Below, piece after piece: positions 15,018-24,084 of a stretch of 30,624 nucleotides of DNA (positions are counted from its first letter, which is position 1; every line of letters begins with the position of its first letter). A program made the translations under genes and the position numbers. Below the pieces are notes generated by a model. The model was not told the origin of the DNA, did no database searches, and was given only the letters and a program-made list of their open reading frames with translations. The stretch is from Gemmatimonadales bacterium (GTDB lineage Bacteria > Gemmatimonadota > Gemmatimonadetes > Gemmatimonadales > GWC2-71-9). The DNA lies in contig JBFGJG010000049.1 in assembly GCA_041577295.1 (NCBI GenBank), forward strand, positions 1 to 30,624, read 5' to 3'.

Positions 15018-17027
15018 TCACGCCGCCTCTACCTCGCTTCCGCTAATCGCGGCGTGGAGATTGTCTAGCTTCTCTACCTCGGCCTTTGCCATGAGCCGCT
15101 CGAACGTCTCGCGCGCTTCGCTGATGAACTCGAGCGCTCTCTTGTGCTCCCCAATCTCGGCGAGCATATGGGCCAAGTCGCGCTGCGCCGAAGCAACCAG
15201 AAGTGGTCGCCCATGAGCGGCGGCGCCATCGATGACCTGCCGGAAGCTCGCTTCTGCTTCCTCGATCTTCCCCGAGCCGGCCAATGCAAGCCCGAGAATC
15301 CGGAGGTCTTCCAACTCTCGGACGGCGTCTTTCAACTGACGATGCAGTGCGATCGCACGCTCGGCTTCGCGAACGGCGATTTCAGGCTCGCCCAGCGCCA
15401 TGCGGATTTCGCTGCGCCCGGCCAGCACCTGGGCCAACAAGGCCGTGTCACCTAGTTGCTCCGCGCCGTCAATGGCCTGATCGGCGGCGGTCATCGCCTC
15501 GACCAGGTCGCCTTGCTCTCGGTGGACGATTCCCAAATTGTGGTGTGTCTCGGCAACGCCGCGGCTGAGACCCGCACGCTGATAGGCAGCGAGCGCCATC
15601 GTGTACGCGCCGACGGCCCGAGCATAATCGCCCTGAAGGTTCGCAATGATGCCGAGGTTGTTGGCACACCGGCCCACCGTGGCCAGATCGCCATCTTCCA
15701 TGGCCTCGGCTTGCACGCGCGTGAAGAAGTAGGTGGCTTCGTCAATGCCGCCCCGCTCCAGCGCGATTGCGCCGTAGACGTTGAGAGCGCGCACCTCGAC
15801 TACTCGGTCACCCTGTACCCGCGCCCGGTTGAGCGCGATCATGATCCACTGCCACGCCTCGTCCAGCCGCCCGATTCGCGCGTGCCCAATACCGCTCAAC
15901 AGCGCCAGCGTCGGTGAACGCTCCAACTCTTCGTGTGAGCGCTCCGCGAGATACGCGACCAGCTCCTGATATCGTCCCATGTCGGCCAGACGCTGCGCTG
16001 CGTGTAGTGGCACGAGCGCTTTCTGTAGCTCCTTGGCCAGCGGGTAACCCCAGTCGTGACTGTCCAGCTTGCGAATCTCGGCTTCCGCGCCGAGTTGCTC
16101 GAACAGCGCAAGAGCAGATTTTGCGGTCTCGAGGGCTTCGTCCTGGCGGCCCTCCGTCCGAAGCACGTACGCCAGATCGCGCCGCGCCTCGGCTACCAAC
16201 TGCGGACGGCCTAACTCCTCAGCCCGAGCGATGACGTCATGCAGTGTTTGCTCTGCAAGTGCGCGCTCGGCGCCGGCGGCCTGAATCGCTGCCAGAATCC
16301 TCAGGTCCTGCGCTTCTTCGACGCGATCACCAAGATCACGGTGCGTCGCGAGCGCCTCTTCGATGTCGCGACGGGCGAGCTCTAGCTCGCCCCGGTGCAC
16401 GCGGATTTCCGCGCGGCCGCGCAGCGTCATGGCGGTAAGGGTGACATCACCAGACGTTGTGGCGTTGTCATGTGCGGACTGCGATTCCGCCAGCGCTAGA
16501 TCAAACTTCTCTTGTTCGCGATAGGTTATAGCGAGGTTGTGTTGAGCCTCGGCGACGCCCTGGTGCAGACTAGCTCGCTCAAAAGCCGCCACGGCCATCG
16601 AATATGAGCCTATGGCTTCAGCTTGGCGGCCGCGCACGTTGGCAATGATGCCCAGATTGTTGGAGCACCGTCCAATCGTGGCGTGATCACCGTCCCGGCT
16701 TGCGCTCAGCAAGGCCTGCGTGAAGAAGTCCGCCGCCTCGTCAATCCGTCCGGCGACGAACGCGATCGCGCCGCGTGCGTTCAAAGCACGAGTGTGCGTC
16801 GGGCGGTCTTCCGCTTTACACGAGCGATCCACGGCGGACTGGATCCAGCGACTACCCTCTTCGTGGCGACCCAAGCGGGCCAGCGCGGTTCCGTACAGGA
16901 GCGCCAGGGCCGGAGAGCTCTCAATCTCCTCAGTCGGTAACCCACTGACGGTGGTCACCACGTCGCCGTAGCGACCGGCCTCGGCGTGTATCCTTGCCTT
17001 TTCGAGTTCGTTCTGACAGTTGAACAT
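15018..17027 (-). CDS. Cytoplasmic tetratricopeptide-repeat protein made of two tandem ~330-aa copies
   Basis: RBS GAGGGA before ATG 17027. Repeated blocks GRY...E(I/L)ExSPxLALL, RALNxxGAIA, GRCxNNLGIIAN, GVAExxHNL. No signal peptide or enzymatic domain seen. Confidence 0.9.
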   Translation of the reverse strand: MFNCQNELEKARIHAEAGRYGDVVTTVSGLPTEEIESSPALALLYGTALARLGRHEEGSRWIQSAVDRSCKAEDRPTHTRALNARGAIAFVAGRIDEAADFFTQALLSASRDGDHATIGRCSNNLGIIANVRGRQAEAIGSYSMAVAAFERASLHQGVAEAQHNLAITYREQEKFDLALAESQSAHDNATTSGDVTLTAMTLRGRAEIRVHRGELELARRDIEEALATHRDLGDRVEEAQDLRILAAIQAAGAERALAEQTLHDVIARAEELGRPQLVAEARRDLAYVLRTEGRQDEALETAKSALALFEQLGAEAEIRKLDSHDWGYPLAKELQKALVPLHAAQRLADMGRYQELVAYLAERSHEELERSPTLALLSGIGHARIGRLDEAWQWIMIALNRARVQGDRVVEVRALNVYGAIALERGGIDEATYFFTRVQAEAMEDGDLATVGRCANNLGIIANLQGDYARAVGAYTMALAAYQRAGLSRGVAETHHNLGIVHREQGDLVEAMTAADQAIDGAEQLGDTALLAQVLAGRSEIRMALGEPEIAVREAERAIALHRQLKDAVRELEDLRILGLALAGSGKIEEAEASFRQVIDGAAAHGRPLLVASAQRDLAHMLAEIGEHKRALEFISEARETFERLMAKAEVEKLDNLHAAISGSEVEAA

Positions 17028-17041
17028 GCCGGATTCCCTCA

Positions 17042-17743
17042 TTACCACGACACCGCGTAACCGGAGAAATGCTCGAGTTCGAGCTCGAACTCCTTGTCTT
17101 CCAAATCGTGATCCGAGTCGATCACACCCCACGGGTTGATCACGCCTTCCTGATACCAGACGCCGAGCAGCTCCCGTTCGATGTATTCGTCTTCATCATC
17201 CACCACCCCGTCGCCGTTGAAGTCGGGGTCTGCGCCCTCGTAATGGAACTCGAGCTCCGTCGGCCGGTTCGGGTCGAAGTGGATGCCCGACGGCTCGAGC
17301 TGTACGACGAAGTCGACTGGATCGACCGAAATCGTGATCAAGATAGAGTCGCCAACGGCAATCGTGCTGCCATCGGGCCGCTTGATGGGCGCTGTGACCT
17401 CGAATTCGATATAGGTCTGCCAGGTCCCATTGGGGGCCAGGTACTTGATGTAGACCTCGCGCTCCTGCCCACGGACGCCCCAGAAGCTCACCGCGTAGCG
17501 GTCGAGTGTGGGGTCGATGCTCACCGCGCGAAACGGTGGATCGAAGATGTCGAGCTCACCAAAGGGTGATTGGCCAACCGCCGTGAATTGCGGCGAACCG
17601 TTCGCGGCGTTCCACTTGGCAAAGTGCGGGGTGGCCGGAACGTCCACCGTGGGGCCCGTTCCTTCGGCGCAGCCGAGCAAGGCCGCGCCGATCAGTGCGC
17701 ACACAAGGCGCGGACGCAACGTCCAGCCGGATCGCCGGGTCAT
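17042..17743 (-). CDS. Lipoprotein C (type B/C), ZU5-like domain ending HFSGYAVSW
   Basis: RBS GAGGA before ATG 17743, lipobox LLGC, LEPSGIHFDPNRP, DFNGDGVVDDED. Confidence 0.85.
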   Translation of the reverse strand: MTRRSGWTLRPRLVCALIGAALLGCAEGTGPTVDVPATPHFAKWNAANGSPQFTAVGQSPFGELDIFDPPFRAVSIDPTLDRYAVSFWGVRGQEREVYIKYLAPNGTWQTYIEFEVTAPIKRPDGSTIAVGDSILITISVDPVDFVVQLEPSGIHFDPNRPTELEFHYEGADPDFNGDGVVDDEDEYIERELLGVWYQEGVINPWGVIDSDHDLEDKEFELELEHFSGYAVSW

Positions 17744-17751
17744 CGCGTTCC

Positions 17752-18456
17752 TCACCATGAGATGGCGTATCCGGAGAAGTGTGCGAGATGGGCTTGGAAC
17801 CACTCGCTCGCCACGTCGTGTTCGGCCGGGAGGCTTTCCCACAGTAGACCGATGTCTTCGGTCCAGGCCATGCCGAGCTGGTTGTTCTGAATATTCTGGT
17901 CGGTCCCGTCCACCGTGCCGTCGCCGTTCAGGTCGTCCTTGGCGCCGCCGTACCACATCTGGAGCTCGGCCGGCGTGCCAAAGGTGAGGCCTGAAGGTTT
18001 GAGATGGACGACGATGTCAGTGGGGTTGACCGAGACCGTGAGCAAGATGGAGTCGCCCAGGGCGATGGGGCTGCCATCGGGACGGGTCACCGGATCGCTC
18101 ACAGCGAAGCGGACGTAGGGGGACTCGGCCGCCCCGGTCGCGTCGGTGTAGTTGATTTGGACGGTGCGCTGTTCCCCGCGGACGGCCCAGAAGTGGACTA
18201 CGTAAGTATCGAGGCCAATGGAATCGGCGGCGAGGCGCAGGGGCCCGTCGACGAAGTCGAGGGAGCCGTGCGGGGTTTCGCCGGTGGCGTTGAAGGAGAC
18301 GGGGCCTTGGGCGGCATCCCACTCGAGGAAGTGAAAGCTGGGCTCCTCGGGCAGCGGCTCGAAGACGCCGCCGTCAGCACAGCCGAGCGTCAGGGCTCCG
18401 GCCATCACCGCCGTCAGCAGGATCCGCGCGCGTGTACTGCCCATGCCCGCTACCAT
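17752..18456 (-). CDS. Lipoprotein B1 (type B/C), ZU5-like domain ending HFSGYAISW
   Basis: Lipobox LTLGC, DLNGDGTVDGTD. Start overlaps the upstream stop (ATGGTAG) or lies at 18444. Confidence 0.85.
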   Translation of the reverse strand: MVAGMGSTRARILLTAVMAGALTLGCADGGVFEPLPEEPSFHFLEWDAAQGPVSFNATGETPHGSLDFVDGPLRLAADSIGLDTYVVHFWAVRGEQRTVQINYTDATGAAESPYVRFAVSDPVTRPDGSPIALGDSILLTVSVNPTDIVVHLKPSGLTFGTPAELQMWYGGAKDDLNGDGTVDGTDQNIQNNQLGMAWTEDIGLLWESLPAEHDVASEWFQAHLAHFSGYAISW

Positions 18457-19079
18457 GCGATGGCGTAGTTCGAGAAGTGTCGTAGCTCGACCTTGAGCCA
18501 ATTGCCTGCTTTGTCAGCGTTCGTGGGCAGCGCGGACCAGTCTGCTTCTGAGTCCGGCTGGTACCAAATGGCCGGGTCGCCAGCCGCATTCGCGACGTCG
18601 ACGTATTTGAGATAGATCCAGAGCACGACGGGCCGCTTGCCCGTGAAGTACGAACCGTGCGGTCCAAACTCGAACGAGACGTCTTCGTCATCCACGTGCA
18701 CCGTGATCGGGACCGGCGTCCCGTAGGGGACAGGCTGGCCGAGGCCGTCTACGAACTGCGCCGTGCCGGGTACGTCGAGCACCATGAAGTAGTTGTAGTC
18801 TTCGTGGAAGATCACGAAGCTCTGCTTCCATCCCTGATGCGCGATGAACGTCGTGTCGTACGTCGTGAGCGGCGGGCTTCCTTCGACAAACTGCAGGAAG
18901 TTTGGTGCTTGGCTCCCCGGAGTCGCCGTGGAATCCTGCGCAGTGTTGTTGTTGTTGCCCCCGCGGCCGCCCTGGGCGAACATGGCCGACTGGTCCATGG
19001 CCGCCGGATTGGCGATGTCGCCACATGCCGCGATCAGAATCGCAAGGCTGGCTACCGCTAGGTTCCGGAGTCTCGACAT
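18450..19079 (-). CDS. Lipoprotein A (type A/D), ZU5-like domain ending HFSNYAIAW
   Basis: ATG 19079, lipobox LIAAC, PPLTTY, FGPHGSYF, WYQP, LRHFSNYAIAW*. Confidence 0.85.
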   Translation of the reverse strand: MSRLRNLAVASLAILIAACGDIANPAAMDQSAMFAQGGRGGNNNNTAQDSTATPGSQAPNFLQFVEGSPPLTTYDTTFIAHQGWKQSFVIFHEDYNYFMVLDVPGTAQFVDGLGQPVPYGTPVPITVHVDDEDVSFEFGPHGSYFTGKRPVVLWIYLKYVDVANAAGDPAIWYQPDSEADWSALPTNADKAGNWLKVELRHFSNYAIAW

Positions 19080-19273
19080 TCGCTGCGTTCGCTTCCCGCC
19101 AAAAAAGTTCGCTGTTTCGTTGCGTCCATCGGGCGACGCTCGCCTGTAGTTGCACGTCGTGTTCCAATTTGTATGAAGATCTAAGCGATTAACTGACAGG
19201 AGGTTACAGCGTTTGTGACGTGTGACGCGTAGGCCTTTTTGCACCACGTCGGGGCATTTTGAACCAGAACAGA

Positions 19274-19397
19274 AGTGAGCAGTGAAACTGTAGGAGTTAG
19301 CAGAAGTTGGTTGGTCGTGACTCGGAGGTTCTTACTGCTTCCCTTAGCTCACTGCTCACTGCCGACTGTAGTTCACCATTCACCACTCACTACTCAC
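19274..19397. repeat. Inverted arrays of heptamer repeats (AGTGAGC-like / CTCACTG-like)
   Basis: AGTGAGC AGTGAAA ... CTCACTG CTCACTG ... TTCACCA TTCACCA CTCACTA CTCACC. Confidence 0.6.
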
Positions 19398-20802
19398 CGG
19401 GCCGGGCCGGGAGGTGTAGGGAAAACCTGCTCCCGCGTCCAACCTGTGACTCCACCGTGATGCGCCCTCCCTGCAGCTTAGCCAAGAGTTGTGCGATGGT
19501 GAGCCCGAGGCCGGCGCCGCCTAGGGTGCGGCTGCGGGAGACGTCGACCCGATAGAACCGGTCGAACAGCTTGTCCAAATGCTCCGGTGCAATCCCAGGT
19601 CCGGTGTCTTCCACATCGACCGCCACCTCGTTAGCGTCATGGCGCACGCGGATCGTGATGCTGCCCTCGGGTGTGTACCGGACCGCGTTGCTGACCAGGT
19701 TGAGGAGAATGTGCCGGGTGCGCTCCGCGTCTCCCACCGCCTCGACCGTTTGGTCTCCCAGCGCTTCCTCTATAGCAACCTGTCGTCCCTCCACCATTGC
19801 CCGCCCGATCTCGCACACCTCACGGATCACTTCGGTCAGGTCGAACGCATGCCGGCCGACCGCAAACTGCCGGTTCTCACCGCGGGCAAGCAGCAGCAGA
19901 TCCTCCACCAGCTTGGTGGTGCCTTCCACGTCACGCTGAATGCCGGTCAGCGCCTCGAGCATTTGTTCGCGAGAGCGGCCGTTGTCCTGCGCCCACTGTG
20001 CCTGGGCACGAATGCGGGCAAGAGGGGTGCGCAGCTCGTGGCTGGCGTCGGCGGTGAAGGCCTTGAGAGACTGGTGCGCGCGATCTACCCGCTCGAGCAT
20101 GCGGTTGGCCCCATCCGCCAGGGCGGTGATCTCTGCCTGACCCGTGGGGCTCGTGAGCCGTTGTCCCAGGTCGTCCGGGCCAATGCCGGCGAGATCCGTC
20201 ACGGCGCGGTCGAGCGGAGCAAGCGTTGCGGCGACCGAGTGACGCACCGCCCGGCGGGCGGGAAACAAGATGATCGGCAAGATCCCGAGCGCCACCAGCG
20301 CGATGCCCAGAACCGCGCTGATCATCGGCGTTCTGCTCGCCACTACGTAGATGTCGAAGTCCCCCGAGTGCCGATGCAATACCCGATACCGCCAGCGGGC
20401 GCGCTCCGCGATCGCCATGAGCAGGCTCGTCCGCACCTGGTCGGGCCCTCTGGCGGCCCCCAACCCCTCGAGCCGCTTAGCAGGCATATCCGGCGTGAGG
20501 AAGTAAACCGCGGTGCTGTCGCCGCTCCCGATGGTCCGTGTGATGGCAAACATCTGATCCATGCCCACCAGCTGATCCGCCAACATGTCGGGTGCGACGG
20601 TGGTGGGGTTTCCCTCGGGATCGGCGTAGAGACCGAGCAACGACTGGATGACGTCAGTCGATCGCTCGAGCGAGCGGCGCAGCTGAAACTCGCTCAACGT
20701 GGCAAAGACCAGGATCACCAACACGGCATACCCGGCGAGCGTGGCGAGGGAGATCTTGCTGAACCGCGTGACCAGCTCACTCCCAAGGCGTCGCTCGTTC
20801 AT
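19390..20802 (-). CDS. Membrane sensor histidine kinase (HAMP-HisKA-HATPase)
   Basis: Two TM segments, ASHELRTPL H-box, NLVSNAVRY N-box, DTGPGI, FDRFYRVD, GAGLGL. Confidence 0.95.
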   Translation of the reverse strand: MNERRLGSELVTRFSKISLATLAGYAVLVILVFATLSEFQLRRSLERSTDVIQSLLGLYADPEGNPTTVAPDMLADQLVGMDQMFAITRTIGSGDSTAVYFLTPDMPAKRLEGLGAARGPDQVRTSLLMAIAERARWRYRVLHRHSGDFDIYVVASRTPMISAVLGIALVALGILPIILFPARRAVRHSVAATLAPLDRAVTDLAGIGPDDLGQRLTSPTGQAEITALADGANRMLERVDRAHQSLKAFTADASHELRTPLARIRAQAQWAQDNGRSREQMLEALTGIQRDVEGTTKLVEDLLLLARGENRQFAVGRHAFDLTEVIREVCEIGRAMVEGRQVAIEEALGDQTVEAVGDAERTRHILLNLVSNAVRYTPEGSITIRVRHDANEVAVDVEDTGPGIAPEHLDKLFDRFYRVDVSRSRTLGGAGLGLTIAQLLAKLQGGRITVESQVGRGSRFSLHLPARPGE

Positions 20803-21473
20803 GCGCGCTCCAGCCGGTAGCCCACGCCACGCACGGTCTTGATGGGTGGCGGACCGGACCTGAGCGTGAGCTTCTTGCGCAAATAATTGATATAGACGTC
20901 CACCACGTTGGTCTCCGGATCGAACTGATACTTCCAGACGGCCTCGGCGATCCGCGAGCGCGAAACCGTGCGACCCGCGTTACGCATGAGGAACTCGAGT
21001 AGCTCGATCTCTCGCGTGCTCAGGTTGATGGCTTGGTCGCCGCGCGTCACCCTTCTGCCGAGGGTATCGAGCGCGATGTCGCCTACGCGCAGCGTCCCAT
21101 CCTCATATCGCAGCTTCGCTCGCCGAATCAGGGCGTGGACACGGGCCAGGACTTCCGGCAGATCGAACGGCTTGGTGAGATAATCGTCAGCGCCGGTCTC
21201 GAGACCCTGAACGCGCGAGGAAAGCTCATCGCGAGCGGTGATGACGAGCACCGGGGTCATCACTTTCCGCTGCCGTAGCTCCGCCAGCACGTCAAACCCG
21301 TCGCGGCGAGGCAGCATGATGTCTAGGACCACACAGTCGTACTCGCGGGCGAGCGCGCGTTCGAGCGCTTCGTCACCCGTTTCGGCCTCATCAACCGCAT
21401 AGCCCTCTTCCTGAAAGGCCGCGGTGAGAAACCGGCGCATCTTCCGATCGTCTTCGACCACGAGCAGCAGCAT
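20799..21473 (-). CDS. OmpR/PhoB-family response regulator
   Basis: LVVEDD, VLDIMLP, DDYLTKPF, winged helix TNVVDVYINYLRKK...TVRGVGY; 4-bp overlap with the kinase gene. Confidence 0.95.
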   Translation of the reverse strand: MLLLVVEDDRKMRRFLTAAFQEEGYAVDEAETGDEALERALAREYDCVVLDIMLPRRDGFDVLAELRQRKVMTPVLVITARDELSSRVQGLETGADDYLTKPFDLPEVLARVHALIRRAKLRYEDGTLRVGDIALDTLGRRVTRGDQAINLSTREIELLEFLMRNAGRTVSRSRIAEAVWKYQFDPETNVVDVYINYLRKKLTLRSGPPPIKTVRGVGYRLERA

Positions 21474-21522
21474 GAAGCAAAAAGTAGCGCTGCTTGACGA
21501 GAGCGCTACCGACTGAACGAAC

Positions 21523-21549
21523 ATTAGAGCACCATGAGAAACCTCTAAT
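21523..21549. promoter_or_regulatory. Inverted repeat ATTAGAG-N13-CTCTAAT in the divergent promoter region
   Basis: Lies between the response regulator and the spondin gene, read directly from the sequence. Function is inferred. Confidence 0.4.
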
Positions 21550-21641
21550 ACGCCACGAAAACCGCTTTCGCCTCCTGTGCCATTCGCTCATGTTGCCGCA
21601 AGCACCCGCCGCAACACCAACCGCTCGCACAGGAGACGCTC

Positions 21642-22397
21642 ATGAAACGCAAACTCGGTGTTACACTCGGCTCGCTCGCCATCCTCGCCGCATGTGCCAC
21701 CTCAGAGGGTATCGTTGCCCCCGGTGATGACGAGGTCGTTGCCGCCGATGCCGCATCCGCAGCGGCTCACCTTACCCGGACGTACGAGGTGACGATCGAG
21801 AACCTCACCAGCGGGCAGCCGTTTTCCCCCGGTGTCGTAGTTACGCACGCAAAGCGACGTAGCGTCTTTCGGGTGGGCAAGTTCGCATCCGAGGGTATTC
21901 GTCTCATCGCGGAAAACGGCGATCCCTCCACCGCGGTATCCGAGTTAGACGGGAAGCCGGGTGTGTCCGCCGTCGTAGCCACTCCTGCTCCCGTCGGCTG
22001 CATCGGGTGTCCCGGCCCGTTTGCGTCGACGCAGACCATCGAGATCACTGCATCCCGCCGCGCCAGGCATCTCTCGCTCGCCGTGATGCTGATCTGCACC
22101 AACGACGGCTTCGTTGGTCTCAACCGGGTCCGGCTGCCTTTCGGTGACAAGACCGCGGTCTACTACGCGGCTGGCTACGATGCGGGAACGGAGAAGAACG
22201 ACGAGCTATGGACCAGCATCGTGGATCCGTGCGGGGCGCTCGGACCGGTGGCGGGGCCCGCGGATGGCAGCAACGACCGCCCGGCCACGCATCGACCCAT
22301 CAAGCTGCATCGGGGGATTCGTGGCGTCGGTGATCTGGTCAAGGCGCACGACTGGAAGAATCCGGTGGCGAAGGTGACGGTGAGACGGGTGAAATGA
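21642..22397 (+). CDS. Spondin_N-domain lipoprotein
   Basis: RBS AGGAG, lipobox LAAC, YEVTIENLT.GQPFSP, MLICTNDGF, YDAGTEKNDE. Confidence 0.88.
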   Translation: MKRKLGVTLGSLAILAACATSEGIVAPGDDEVVAADAASAAAHLTRTYEVTIENLTSGQPFSPGVVVTHAKRRSVFRVGKFASEGIRLIAENGDPSTAVSELDGKPGVSAVVATPAPVGCIGCPGPFASTQTIEITASRRARHLSLAVMLICTNDGFVGLNRVRLPFGDKTAVYYAAGYDAGTEKNDELWTSIVDPCGALGPVAGPADGSNDRPATHRPIKLHRGIRGVGDLVKAHDWKNPVAKVTVRRVK

Positions 22398-22467
22398 TCG
22401 ACAAGGGAGGAGGGAGGAGGGGTGGTGGGGCCTCCTCCCTCCTTACTCCTCCCTCTCTCTCACCGTC

Positions 22468-23877
22468 TCAGGCGGTGCGCATCAACCGGATCACCCCTTC
22501 CGGTGTGCTGCCGCTCAGCTCCTCCACCATCTCCTCCACCTGTTGGGCGGCGGTCCCGATGTAGGTCTGGAGATCGAAGATCTCGTCCAGCTCGTCCTGA
22601 GTAAACAGTCTCCCTAATGCCTTCTCGCTCGAAACGACCTCGCGGAACCAGCGGCGCTCCGAGCGGCAGCGGCGGGCCCACTCGTGCAGCTTGGTGTGTG
22701 CCCAGTCCCGCTTCCCCGTCTTCTGATAAATGCGGATCATGAGCCGCTCGGCAACTGCTTGCCCGAGCACGTTGGGATGCTTGAGGTTCTTGAGCATCTG
22801 GTCTTCGTGCACCACGAGATCGCGTATCACCGCGGTAATCGTGGCCAGGGCACGTGAGGTCATTAGATAACATGTCGGGAGGGCGGTGAACTGCACCGGC
22901 ATCCGGGTCGAGTCGCGCTGGTCTTGCATCAGGATGTCCTGCAGCGCCATTGCCTGTGCCCGCACGAGCTTGGCCAACCCATCCACCTGCTCGCTTGGCT
23001 CGGGGTTGATCTTGTTGGGCATCGTGCTGCTGCCGTAGCGATCGTCGTTATGTGGCTCTTCCACCTCCATCACCTCGGAGCGTTGGAGGTTGGCGATGCT
23101 CATTCCCATCTTGCCCAGCGAGCTACAGATCGCCGAGAGGATCCACCCCACCTCGGCAAAGCGGTCGGTGCGCGAGTGAAGGGCGATGGTGGGCCTGCGT
23201 AGCCCAAGCGCGCGGCACACTATCGCCTCGATCTCCTGGGCACCGTCGACACCTGCCAGCTCCACGAACGCGCTCTGCGTGCCCACCGCACCGGCGATGC
23301 TGCCATAGAGCCAGCGTCCTTCTCCCTGCCGCAGCCGCTCGAGATGATCCCGCATTTCGGAAGCCCACACGGCCAACGTGAATCCCAGCGTCATCGGGAC
23401 TGCGTGCTGTTGATGCGTGCGACCCATCATCACCGTCCGCTTGTAGCGGAGCGCCTGTTCGCACAGCACGTCCTCCAACGTGCGCAACTGATCCACGATC
23501 ACGTCGTTGGCTTCGCGTAGCTGGACGGTAAGGCCCGTATCCAGAATGTCCTGTGTGGTTGGTCCCAGGTGAAAGTGCTCGGCTGCCGGGCCACAGGCTT
23601 CCCGGAACGCCTTGAGGAACGCCACCATCAGGTGCCCGTGGACACCTTTTCGTTCTCGGATGCGTGCGATGGGGAAGCGTTCGATGGTGAGGAACTCGAT
23701 GATCCGTTCGCCGGCCTCCGGCGGTATGAGGTTGAGCTGCATCTGGGCGAGTGTGATTGCCGCCTCGACCTCCATCCAGCTCTCGACGGTGCGTTCCTCC
23801 GTCCACACCGCCCGCATCTCGGCCGTGCTCACCATCTCCTCGAACAGCAGAGACCGGAAGGGAATCAACGTATCCAT
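22468..23877 (-). CDS. Adenylosuccinate lyase family protein (class II fumarase/aspartase superfamily, PurB/PcaB-like)
   Basis: HLGPTTQDILDT, GRTHQQHAVP, signature GSSTMPNKINP; start ATG 23877. Confidence 0.9.
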   Translation of the reverse strand: MDTLIPFRSLLFEEMVSTAEMRAVWTEERTVESWMEVEAAITLAQMQLNLIPPEAGERIIEFLTIERFPIARIRERKGVHGHLMVAFLKAFREACGPAAEHFHLGPTTQDILDTGLTVQLREANDVIVDQLRTLEDVLCEQALRYKRTVMMGRTHQQHAVPMTLGFTLAVWASEMRDHLERLRQGEGRWLYGSIAGAVGTQSAFVELAGVDGAQEIEAIVCRALGLRRPTIALHSRTDRFAEVGWILSAICSSLGKMGMSIANLQRSEVMEVEEPHNDDRYGSSTMPNKINPEPSEQVDGLAKLVRAQAMALQDILMQDQRDSTRMPVQFTALPTCYLMTSRALATITAVIRDLVVHEDQMLKNLKHPNVLGQAVAERLMIRIYQKTGKRDWAHTKLHEWARRCRSERRWFREVVSSEKALGRLFTQDELDEIFDLQTYIGTAAQQVEEMVEELSGSTPEGVIRLMRTA

Positions 23878-24084
23878 AACTGAATCCTTGAATTGCCTAG
23901 GGCTGTGGGCCCGCCGCCACAGTGCGGTGGCCCGCCGACAAGTGCCACTCGAAGGGGAAAAGGCAAGAAGTAAGCCGGTGTTACTGGGCGGGGGAGGCAG
24001 AGGAGGCAGCAGAGGCAGAGGAGGGTACCCTCCGTCCGCCTTGTCCGCCTGTCCACCTGTCCACCCTTCCAATACAATGAGCGT

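Noticed and set aside
13538..19079. CRISPR array or DGR template/variable repeat pair as the explanation for the repeated sequences
   Set aside because: The repeats are whole protein-coding paralogs with no spacer structure, and no cas or reverse transcriptase gene is present in the window.
19579..20820. Long antisense ORFs (413 aa here; also 1254-2126, 2888-3889, 11075-11782, 23612-24298, 28939-29514)
   Set aside because: Shadow frames opposite well-supported genes in high-GC DNA, with no recognisable motifs.
22468..23877. Assigning purB or pcaB
   Set aside because: Superfamily motifs are clear, but neither purine nor protocatechuate genes are adjacent and specificity cannot be read by eye.
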